DNA from: Clostridia bacterium
GTDB taxonomy: Bacteria > Bacillota > Clostridia > Oscillospirales > Acutalibacteraceae
Assembly: GCA_017409845.1 (NCBI GenBank)
Contig: JAFQRY010000017.1
Span: 46,171-78,170, forward strand
DNA length: 32,000 nucleotides
Direction of reading: 5' to 3'
Translations under genes and position numbers: made by a program
Notes under the pieces: model-generated
What the model saw: only the letters and a program-made list of their open reading frames with translations
Told to the model about the DNA's origin: nothing
The model's database searches: none
Part shown: positions 17,766 to 24,614 of the stretch, piece after piece
Layout: each line of letters opens with the position of its first letter
How positions within the stretch are numbered: the first letter of the stretch is position 1

Positions 17766-17945
17766 TTAGCCCTCAGTATCGGTGCCTGAATAAAAACGCC
17801 CATAACCGCAAATCCTCCACTGTTCGCAAATAAATCTGATATACTGACTTGTATTCATGTGATATTTTCTTGCCTACTCTTGGATTGCTTCCTTTTCTTT
17901 TTCGGTTAAGCGAAGGTCAATTTTTTTATTTTTTATAGTCTTCAT
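17766..17945 (-). pseudogene. Ribbon-helix-helix (MobC/CopG-like) protein gene with in-frame TAG
   Basis: AAGGAGAG SD. MKTIKNKKIDLRLTEKEKEAIQE-TAG(17874..17876)-ARKYHMNTSQYIRFICEQWRICGYGRFYSGTDTEG-TAA. The beta-strand, helix 1 and helix 2 of an RHH span the TAG. An alternative in-frame ATG is at 17996. Confidence 0.65.
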
Positions 17946-18015
17946 ATTATCTCTCCTTTTACTTGTAAATTTTCTTTGAAATGAATTATCAGACATTGTC
18001 CTACCTTCTAAATAT

Positions 18016-18044
18016 ATTATACAAAAATTTTTTGTTAAAATCAA
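18016..18044 (-). promoter_or_regulatory. Consensus promoter of the amber-interrupted operon
   Basis: Minus strand: TTGATT (18039..18044), 17 nt, TATAAT (18016..18021). Confidence 0.55.
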
Positions 18045-18050
18045 AAAAGA

Positions 18051-18098
18051 GCGGTCGCCGCAAACAAAAGCACCGCTGAACTCGATTGAATTCAGCGG
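18051..18098 (-). terminator. Tandem terminator hairpins after the paralog operon
   Basis: On the minus strand, CCGCTGAA-loop-TTCAGCGG (18073..18098) is followed by TGCTTTTGTTT. Then GCGG-cga-CCGC (18051..18061) is followed by TCTTTTTT. Confidence 0.5.
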
Positions 18099-18135
18099 CG
18101 GACTTGCTTTATTAAAATACATGGAGTTGTTCCTT

Positions 18136-18651
18136 TCAGGCGGCAGGGTCAACTGTTTCATTTTCTTCAGTTGCGTTATCGTTTTCTGCAACTGCGTTAT
18201 CGATTTTTATAACTGCGTTATCTTTTTCCTCTTGGACTTCATCAGAGTTTTTGGCAACAGTCGGCATACCGTAATTTACGATTTCAGGATATTTCTTCAA
18301 AAACCAATTTTTAATTTCAGGATAACGGTATGCTTTTGAATGACATTCGCTGATAAAAAGCTTATCATCAAGTTCTTTAAGAACGGCATCTCTTGTTTCA
18401 ACAGGCTCAAACCTTTTGATATATTCTTTCATATAATCATAACTTAAACCTTTATAGTGTTCCTGATTGTTGTTAGTATTTATATCTTCACGAACTTCTA
18501 TCTTATAAGTCGGAAAACTCCTTGTATATTCAACGAGCATTTTAAACTCTTTGTTTTTGGGACTTCTAGCCTTTTCGTCAAACCATTTGTAAAGGATGAT
18601 TTTATTGTTTGCGTGGTCAAATCTTGCAGGATTCTTTCTTGCCTTAGCCAT
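18136..18651 (-). CDS. Hypothetical protein, paralog B (171 aa) with C-terminal heptad DNAV repeats
   Basis: GAAAGGAAGG SD. It shares FDHANNKI...YKIEVRE...YDYMKEYIKR...IKNWFLKKYPE with the upstream gene. Confidence 0.75.
   Translation of the reverse strand: MAKARKNPARFDHANNKIILYKWFDEKARSPKNKEFKMLVEYTRSFPTYKIEVREDINTNNNQEHYKGLSYDYMKEYIKRFEPVETRDAVLKELDDKLFISECHSKAYRYPEIKNWFLKKYPEIVNYGMPTVAKNSDEVQEEKDNAVIKIDNAVAENDNATEENETVDPAA
18169..18231. repeat. 3 x 21-bp tandem repeat (core A-A/G-C/T-TGCGTTATC)
   Basis: Units at 18169, 18190 and 18211. They encode KDNAVIK/IDNAVAE/NDNATEE at the 3' end of paralog B. Confidence 0.7.
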
Positions 18652-18674
18652 AATTATTTGCCTTCCTTTCTTAA

Positions 18675-19076
18675 TTAAGCCGCATCATTGATTTTCTTGA
18701 GTTCGGGGTATTGCTCATAGAACCAAGTTTTGATATCGTGGAATGATTCAGCTGAAGTCTTGTTATCCTTATCGACTTTTAAGCCTCTCTTAACAAGAAA
18801 CTCATTCATAATTTCACCATTCGAATCGTGCTTTGCAATATACTTTGCCATAATTTCAAACGAGATTCTATTTGAATTTCTTCTGCTCTGAGTTCTAACC
18901 ACAACTCTATAATCAGAGAACTTTGACATAAGGTCTTCGAGAACTAAATATTCTTCTGTGCCGTATTTTCCTGATGCCTTGTGAAACTGCTTTGAAACGG
19001 TGATTGTCTTGTTTGCGTGGTCGATTGTGAGGTTGTTTGCAAGGTCGATTGAAGTTTTCTTAATAGTATTTTTCAT
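18675..19076 (-). CDS. Hypothetical protein, paralog A (133 aa)
   Basis: GAAAGGAAAA SD. IDHANKTITVSKQF...YRVVVRT...FEIMAKYIAKH...IKTWFYEQYPE parallels paralog B. Confidence 0.75.
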   Translation of the reverse strand: MKNTIKKTSIDLANNLTIDHANKTITVSKQFHKASGKYGTEEYLVLEDLMSKFSDYRVVVRTQSRRNSNRISFEIMAKYIAKHDSNGEIMNEFLVKRGLKVDKDNKTSAESFHDIKTWFYEQYPELKKINDAA

Positions 19077-19280
19077 AATAATTTTCCTTTCAGCGTCGGT
19101 CGCTACCCATTATTTTTAAAATTATTCAGCGGTAAGTCGCTACCTTATTTCAGCACTTCAGGTTTCACCGTTTGCCTCTTGGTTTCGTTCACTCCTTTCA
19201 GGCGTTTTGTTTTGGTGTGTTCCCCTCTGCTGTGTCTACAGTATATCACGCAACCACAATTTATCAGTCGTTATAAATGC

Positions 19281-19328
19281 AAAAAACAAGAAAGATACAA
19301 AGCTTTTAAAAAAAGTTGTATCTTTCTT
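19281..19328 (-). terminator. Insulating terminator upstream of the paralog-operon promoter
   Basis: AAGAAAGATACAA (19288..19300) and TTGTATCTTTCTT (19316..19328). On the minus strand it is followed by GTTTTTT. Confidence 0.5.
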
Positions 19329-19395
19329 CTTAAATAGTTGTTATTAGGTTGCTATAAAGGCTCATAAATGTTGTTAAAAACTTATTACATACCTG

Positions 19396-19424
19396 TTGAT
19401 TTTATAATATAATTGTTTTATACT
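19396..19424 (+). promoter_or_regulatory. Outward-facing near-consensus promoter at the right island end
   Basis: TTGATT (19396..19401), 17 nt, TATACT (19419..19424), pointing at attR. Confidence 0.5.
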
Positions 19425-19561
19425 ATTATTGATTTAGAGATGAGGTCTGAGTTAGTATGAAACAAGACCTCTACATAATTAAGATTCCTAAAACTTGTTT
19501 AGTGTCAAGGGGTTGTTGGGGGTATCGTCTCCAAAACAAGACCGTTTTACGGTCTTGTGTG

Positions 19562-19607
19562 CTTGGTAAGGATGAGGTCGGCGGTTCAAGTCCGCCTAGC
19601 AGCTCCA
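19562..19607 (+). repeat. attR core: displaced original 3' end of tRNA-Thr (46-bp DR)
   Basis: Identical to 10483..10528. There is no matching 5' acceptor, D arm or anticodon-stem strand upstream, so it is not a tRNA gene. Confidence 0.9.
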
Positions 19608-19608
19608 G

Positions 19609-19640
19609 AAAAAAGCACTTCCTTTTGGAAGTGCTTTTTT
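19609..19640 (+). terminator. Presumed original tRNA-operon terminator
   Basis: AGCACTTCC-tttt-GGAAGTGCT followed by TTTTTT. Confidence 0.75.
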
Positions 19641-19785
19641 CAATGAAATAAATTATATTCTGACTTTAAATTCATTGAAGCTTAAAGGTTCAATGAATTT
19701 CTTGTTTTTTCTGAAGCACTTGAAGGTAATGCTAACATTTGTTATAATATTATATATTTGTAAGTTTGAAAAGGAGAATTTTTCA

Positions 19786-21453
19786 ATGAAATCAATAACC
19801 GCATTTTTTATTTCAATTGCATTATTTTTTCTGAGCATTTTTACTCCGGAATTACCTGCACCGAAAAGTGATGCGGAGCTTGAACAAATCGCATCAATAT
19901 GTCAGAAGCACGAGGTTGGTGACAAGCTTTATGTTATTGACGTTTCCGCTTTAAAAGAAGAGGGTGCAAAGCACATGGCAATCGCTCTTCAGGGCATTGT
20001 TGCAAAAACAGAGCCCTGCATCTTCATCCGCAACAACTCTTACAGCAACAACTATCTTGACATGGCTGCGGAAAGCGGAATTGAAGTTGTTTTCAATGAT
20101 GAAAGCGGAAATCCGTGGACTCTCCCCGCCCTCCTCAACAAATTCAAATCTCATATAGGCGACTCCGGATATGTTCTTTACAGAGCAAGCGAAAAGGCTG
20201 AAGGTCTTAACGCCGCAACCAACCTTTCCGCTCTCTACGGCTGGCTTCCCGTGCCCGAAAATCTTGAGCAGCTTGCGATTGATGCAGGACTTACTCTGAA
20301 AGAAGATTTTTCCGATGATACATATAATCTGCTGTTTCAGTGGAATTTCTTTGAAAAGCACAAGGAAGAATTCAACTACGGTGCAGTTATGAGCCTCAGA
20401 TATTCTGCCGAAGGTCTGCGTGACCTTGCAATTCAGCAGGGATTCTATACATTCTATATTGATGATGATGAGGACACAAATCTTCTCAGAGGAAGGGTTA
20501 TGGACTATGCGGGTGACAATGTTCCCGTGCTCGGATGGGTCAAATATGAGGTTGCGTTTGTCAGACAGGCATCTGAAAAGGGTAACATCGCAATCCCCTC
20601 GGACCATAGTCATAATCTGAGCTATCTTTCATCATTTGAATGCGAAATTCCTCAACAGAAGCATATTGCAAAGGAATATACCGATGAAACAAAGCATTAC
20701 TGTGCTCTTGTTATGAGTGACGGCGATAACATGCAATGGATTCAGAACGGCTATTCCGAATTTTATCAGAAGCAGGCTCTTGAAAACCGTTTTCCCGTGA
20801 CATGGTCATTTCCTCCCCTGCTTCAGGAATTTTCATCCGCAACTGTAAATCAGGTTTATTCCGATGCAAGTGAAAACGATTATTTCATCGCAGGCGTTTC
20901 GGGTGCAGGCTATATCCATCCCACCGAATACCCGTTTAAGGCTCTCGCAGGATTTACAGACCTCACAGCAATTTCAATGAAGCGAAGCAATCTTGAATAT
21001 GTGCAGATTCTTGACGGAACTCCCGAGAACGAATATGAAGAAAAGGTTCTCACCGACAGACTTGAATATTACGCAAGATATAACAGCATCAAAGGCGGCG
21101 TTGTCAGTCTTGACCCCGACCGCTACGCAGGCGGTGAAGGCAGAATCTGGTTTGTTAACGACAAGCCCTTCATCACCTACCGTCTTTCTCTCTGGCACCC
21201 CGACGGTGAAGGTGCAACGATGACAAACGAATGGCTTGACAGTCAGGCAGCAATCGTCAACAGCTACCCTGCCGATATAAACTCAATCAACGGCTACAGC
21301 GTTATCAATATTCATCCATGGACAGTCAGCATAGAGAATCTTGCATATTTCGTAAGTCAGCTTGATGATGACATCGTTCTTGTTAATCTTGATGAACTTA
21401 TGGCTATGATTGAGAAGAATGTGCCTCATCAGAATGCAAAACCGGAGAATTAA
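19786..21453 (+). CDS. Secreted/membrane-anchored GxGYxYP-family putative glycoside hydrolase
   Basis: AAGGAGA SD at ATG 19786 (track start 19675 rejected). N-terminal signal/TM MKSITAFFISIALFFLSIF. The motif VSGAGYIHPTEYP approximates GxGYxYP. Confidence 0.7.
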   Translation: MKSITAFFISIALFFLSIFTPELPAPKSDAELEQIASICQKHEVGDKLYVIDVSALKEEGAKHMAIALQGIVAKTEPCIFIRNNSYSNNYLDMAAESGIEVVFNDESGNPWTLPALLNKFKSHIGDSGYVLYRASEKAEGLNAATNLSALYGWLPVPENLEQLAIDAGLTLKEDFSDDTYNLLFQWNFFEKHKEEFNYGAVMSLRYSAEGLRDLAIQQGFYTFYIDDDEDTNLLRGRVMDYAGDNVPVLGWVKYEVAFVRQASEKGNIAIPSDHSHNLSYLSSFECEIPQQKHIAKEYTDETKHYCALVMSDGDNMQWIQNGYSEFYQKQALENRFPVTWSFPPLLQEFSSATVNQVYSDASENDYFIAGVSGAGYIHPTEYPFKALAGFTDLTAISMKRSNLEYVQILDGTPENEYEEKVLTDRLEYYARYNSIKGGVVSLDPDRYAGGEGRIWFVNDKPFITYRLSLWHPDGEGATMTNEWLDSQAAIVNSYPADINSINGYSVINIHPWTVSIENLAYFVSQLDDDIVLVNLDELMAMIEKNVPHQNAKPEN

Positions 21454-21454
21454 C

Positions 21455-22138
21455 ATGAAAACCGAACTCAATATAATAGCTCACATCCGCACCGATTTCA
21501 CCTCAAAATTCGGTATTCCCCGTCAGAGCGGACTTGTTGACGAGCTTGAAGCAACAATAATATTTGAACCCGCATACCGCAATCCCGATGCACTCAGAGG
21601 TCTTGATGAATACACTCATCTCTGGCTTCTGTGGCAGTTTTCTGAGTGCGTTGACAAGGAATGGACCCCTACCGTTCGCCCTCCGAGACTTGGCGGCAAC
21701 AAAAGAATGGGCGTTTTTGCAACCCGTTCCCCATTCAGACCCAACCCTATCGGTCTTTCCTGCGTAAAGCTGCTCGGAATCGAAAAAACAGAAAAATATG
21801 GCTTTGTTATCCGTGTTTCGGGTGCGGATTTGCTTGACGGCACTCCGATTTATGATATCAAACCCTATCTCCCCTATGTTGACTCACATCCCGATGCAAG
21901 CAACGGCTTCGCTCTTGATGAAAAAGAAGGAAGGCTTGAGGTTGAAATCCCGGAAGAAATCATAAAAATAATACCGCCCGAAAAGCAGGCGGCATTGATG
22001 GCTGTTCTTGCTCAGGATCCGAGACCGGGTTATCAGGATGACCCCGAAAGAATCTACGGCATTGAATTTGCGGGGTTTGATATCAGGTTTAAGGTTGATA
22101 ACGGTTTGCTTTCTGTTGTTGAAATAAGGCTTATATAG
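21455..22138 (+). CDS. trmO: tRNA (t6A37-N6)-methyltransferase TrmO/TsaA family
   Basis: FGIPRQSG, GVFATRSPFRPNPIGLS and DGTPIYDIKPY motifs. ATG 21455 with GGAGA SD. Terminates at TAG 22136..22138. Confidence 0.85.
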   Translation: MKTELNIIAHIRTDFTSKFGIPRQSGLVDELEATIIFEPAYRNPDALRGLDEYTHLWLLWQFSECVDKEWTPTVRPPRLGGNKRMGVFATRSPFRPNPIGLSCVKLLGIEKTEKYGFVIRVSGADLLDGTPIYDIKPYLPYVDSHPDASNGFALDEKEGRLEVEIPEEIIKIIPPEKQAALMAVLAQDPRPGYQDDPERIYGIEFAGFDIRFKVDNGLLSVVEIRLI

Positions 22139-22142
22139 CACA

Positions 22143-22170
22143 AACCCCCGAAACTGATGTTTCGGGGGTT
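22143..22170. terminator. Bidirectional terminator between trmO and ftsZ
   Basis: AACCCCCGAAAC-tgat-GTTTCGGGGGTT. Confidence 0.7.
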
Positions 22171-22178
22171 AACTTTAA

Positions 22179-23447
22179 TTATTCCTTACCCTTGATTATA
22201 TCATTGATCATGATATAGAACTGGTCATCTTCAAAGCCGTTGTCTGACTTGGGAGCGGTGTTTGAAACGCTCGAAATGTCATTTGAGCTGTTGTTGTTTG
22301 ATGAGCTGAAGTTGGGGATTGTGGGAGCACCTGCGGGTGCGGAAGGTGCAGCGGGTGCTGCAGGTGCGGCAGGCTTTGCTGCGGGAGCAGCGGGTGCTGC
22401 TGCAGGAGCTGCTGCGGGTGCTGCGGGCTTGACTGCTGCAAGGAAGGGATTGGTCTGAACGGGAACTGCGGGCTTTTCGGGCTCAGCCTTCTTTGAATCA
22501 AAGCCTGTTGCAATAACAGTAATAACCATTTCATCGTCAAGATCGGGATCAAATGCGATACCCCATGTGATGTTTGCATCCTCATGTGCCTGAGCGGTGA
22601 TGATTTCTGCTGCATTTTCAACATCTTCAAGGTCAACATCGTCTGAAGCGGTGATGCTGATGATAACGCCCTTTGCGCCTGCGATTGAGGTTTCAAGAAG
22701 AGGACTTGAAACTGCTGCATTTGCTGCTGTTTCTGCCTTGTCCTTGCCCTTTGCTCTGCCAACGCCCATGTGAGCATAGCCTGCATCCTTCATAACGCTT
22801 GTAACGTCTGCGAAGTCGAGGTTAATGAAGCCGGGAACCTTGATAAGCTCTGAAATGCTCTTGACACCCTGAAGAAGAACTTCGTCTGCCTCTGCAAATG
22901 CTTCTGCAATAGTTTTCTTTCTTTCGTCAAGTGCACGGAGTCTGTCGTTAGGAATAACAATAAGGCTGTCAACATGCTCTGCAAGCTTTGCAATGCCTTC
23001 CTGAGCCTGAACCATTCTTCTGCGACCTTCAAATTTGAAGGGCTTTGTTACAACGCCGATGGTAAGGCAGCCCATGTCTTTTGCGACCTGAGCGATAACG
23101 GGAGCTGCACCTGTTCCTGTGCCGCCGCCCATACCGGTTGTTATGAATACCATATCTGTGCCCTTAAGAGCATCAGCGATGGCGTCTTTGCTTTCTTCTG
23201 CGGATTTTGCACCGATTTCTGGCTTACCGCCTGCACCCTGACCGTGAGTCGACTTTTCACCGATCTGGATTTTGTGGGTAGCCTTTGAGTGAACGAGAAC
23301 CTGCTTATCTGTGTTGACTGCGATGAACTCTGCACCGAGAACGCCCTGAGTGATCATGCGGTTAACTGCGTTTCCGCCGCCGCCGCCGACACCGATAACC
23401 TTTATCTGTACCGCACTCTCAAAATCATTATCAATTTCAAATGCCAT
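22179..23447 (-). CDS. ftsZ: Cell division GTPase FtsZ
   Basis: [17 protein letters not shown] and [13 protein letters not shown] tubulin signature. It has a long Pro/Ala-rich C-terminal linker. Confidence 0.95.
   Translation of the reverse strand: MAFEIDNDFESAVQIKVIGVGGGGGNAVNRMITQGVLGAEFIAVNTDKQVLVHSKATHKIQIGEKSTHGQGAGGKPEIGAKSAEESKDAIADALKGTDMVFITTGMGGGTGTGAAPVIAQVAKDMGCLTIGVVTKPFKFEGRRRMVQAQEGIAKLAEHVDSLIVIPNDRLRALDERKKTIAEAFAEADEVLLQGVKSISELIKVPGFINLDFADVTSVMKDAGYAHMGVGRAKGKDKAETAANAAVSSPLLETSIAGAKGVIISITASDDVDLEDVENAAEIITAQAHEDANITWGIAFDPDLDDEMVITVIATGFDSKKAEPEKPAVPVQTNPFLAAVKPAAPAAAPAAAPAAPAAKPAAPAAPAAPSAPAGAPTIPNFSSSNNNSSNDISSVSNTAPKSDNGFEDDQFYIMINDIIKGKE
22325..22437. repeat. Low-complexity GC-rich coding repeat (Pro/Ala linker of FtsZ)
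   Basis: Reiterated GCTGC(G/A)GG(T/A)GC units encoding [31 protein letters not shown]. Confidence 0.6.
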
Positions 23448-23639
23448 TGGTTTGACCCCCTGTTGGATTTATTATACCGTAAAAATTTAGTATTAAACAG
23501 AATTATATTACCATACATTTATAAAAAAAACAAGAATAATTTTAAAAAACATCCTTAAATCACAGCTTTTTTTACAATTTATATATAATTTACCCGAAAT
23601 TCTGCCACATCAGGCAAAATTCCGGGTAAAAATCAGTTA

Positions 23640-24599
23640 TTATTCTTCATTTTCTTCGGTGGTTTCGGTGTTTTCTTCCGTTATTTCGGGCTCGTCTTCC
23701 TCCCACTCTCCGCCGCTGAAAATAACAAGCTCTTTTATATCGTCGGGGTCTGAAGGATTAAAATACGCCTTCTTGGGTACGGTGAGATTAACTGTACCCG
23801 ACTGCGTAAGAGATATTGCATTTTCTTCGTTGATAACTCTCTGACCAAGCGAAAGCTTTGCGGGAATTTCGCTGCTGTCACCGAGATTAAGAACTATTCT
23901 GCCCTGATAGATAAGATAAATACCGCTTCTTGAAGAAATATCAATAAGGTCAATATCCTTCATTTCGTTAACCGCTATGCTTTTTGTTATATCAAGAATA
24001 AGCGAAAGAGTTCTGTCTCCTGCCTCGATATCCTCATCATCACCCGTATCCTCATTGATGAACGCAAGCACCTCGCCTATATCCGCTTTAACGGGCACGG
24101 CACCTTTGATAACGGTTATTTCTTCCGTTACCTCGGGAGCAAATTCAAGCACCTTCATATCAGCATCGAGCATTGCATATGTGCCGTTTGAAAGAGCGAG
24201 TGCATACGCTTTTTCCGTTGACTCAACGCGGATAACAATGCTGCCCGGAAGCTTTCTTGTTATCACAACATTATCGGTATAGGGAAGAGTTTTTTCGATA
24301 TTCTCCTTCGCCTGTGCAATATCGGCAAGGATAAGGCTTTTGCCCTCAACAATACCGCTTGCTGCAACAACCTCTTCAATCGTGTAGGGAGCATCTCCCT
24401 CAACATCAAAAGATCTGACTCTGAATGCAGTAAAGACTATAATCGGAGTAACGATAAGGCTTATTACAAGAATAAAGCCCGTCACTACGACCGCTATTCT
24501 GAAATTTCTTATTCTTTTGAGCTTTTTTACCCGGAGTGCACGCTCCTCGGGAGTAAGCTGCCTGCCATGACCCTGATATCTTTCTCTGTCCATCTTCAT
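23640..24599 (-). CDS. ftsQ: FtsQ/DivIB-like cell division protein (POTRA) with acidic C-terminal tail
   Basis: Single TM (FRIAVVVTGFILVISLIVTPIIVF), then FRVRSFDVEGDAPYTIEEV...LPGSIVIRVES (POTRA-like). Its position between murA and ftsZ supports the call. Confidence 0.75.
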   Translation of the reverse strand: MKMDRERYQGHGRQLTPEERALRVKKLKRIRNFRIAVVVTGFILVISLIVTPIIVFTAFRVRSFDVEGDAPYTIEEVVAASGIVEGKSLILADIAQAKENIEKTLPYTDNVVITRKLPGSIVIRVESTEKAYALALSNGTYAMLDADMKVLEFAPEVTEEITVIKGAVPVKADIGEVLAFINEDTGDDEDIEAGDRTLSLILDITKSIAVNEMKDIDLIDISSRSGIYLIYQGRIVLNLGDSSEIPAKLSLGQRVINEENAISLTQSGTVNLTVPKKAYFNPSDPDDIKELVIFSGGEWEEDEPEITEENTETTEENEE

Positions 24600-24614
24600 T
24601 CCACCGTTTTATTT

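Noticed and set aside
16617-17996. Pyrrolysine (TAG->Pyl) as the explanation for the in-frame TAGs
   Set aside because: No pylS/pylT/pylBCD-like genes are in the window, and the interrupted genes are mobile-element DNA-binding/nuclease genes rather than methylamine methyltransferases. It cannot be excluded without the whole genome, but it seems much less likely than suppression/recoding or decay.
17874-18191. 105-aa ORF from the track (MQKTITQLKK...)
   Set aside because: It is a chimera. It runs across two terminator hairpins and the operon promoter. Only its last 23 codons (or 40 with the alternative ATG at 17996) are the N-terminus of the RHH gene, and its TAG stop is the in-frame amber discussed above.
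19500-19607. A possible second complete tRNA, which I checked specifically as a candidate amber-suppressor tRNA, at attR
   Set aside because: Only the 3' 46 nt are tRNA-like. Upstream there is no GCTGCTA acceptor strand and no D arm. The bases replacing the anticodon-stem 5' strand (GTGTG instead of CATCC) cannot pair. The anticodon-loop remnant is still GGT, not CTA.
19457-19651. 64-aa plus-strand ORF at the right island end
   Set aside because: It reads straight through the 46-nt tRNA-Thr remnant and the terminator hairpin (the ...GKDEVGGSSPPSSS... part is translated tRNA). The SD is weak and distant. It is more likely non-coding RNA or nothing.
19951-20613. 220-aa ORF antisense to the GxGYxYP gene; similarly 12187..12672, 9682..10170, 3568..3996 and 7073..7387
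   Set aside because: They lie antisense or out of frame within long, motif-supported genes. They have no RBS and a skewed composition (for example the F/I/N/K-rich antisense of an AT-rich gene).
18169-22437. CRISPR array check (21-bp repeats at 18169..18231 and GC-rich repeats at 22325..22437)
   Set aside because: Both are contiguous in-frame coding repeats without spacers. No repeat-spacer architecture and no cas genes occur anywhere in the window.
22208-22786. 192-aa same-strand alternative-frame ORF inside ftsZ (Q/P/L-rich), and the 72-aa plus-strand ORF at 22240..22458
   Set aside because: These are frame shadows of the GC-rich Pro/Ala repeat in a gene whose main frame is unmistakably FtsZ.
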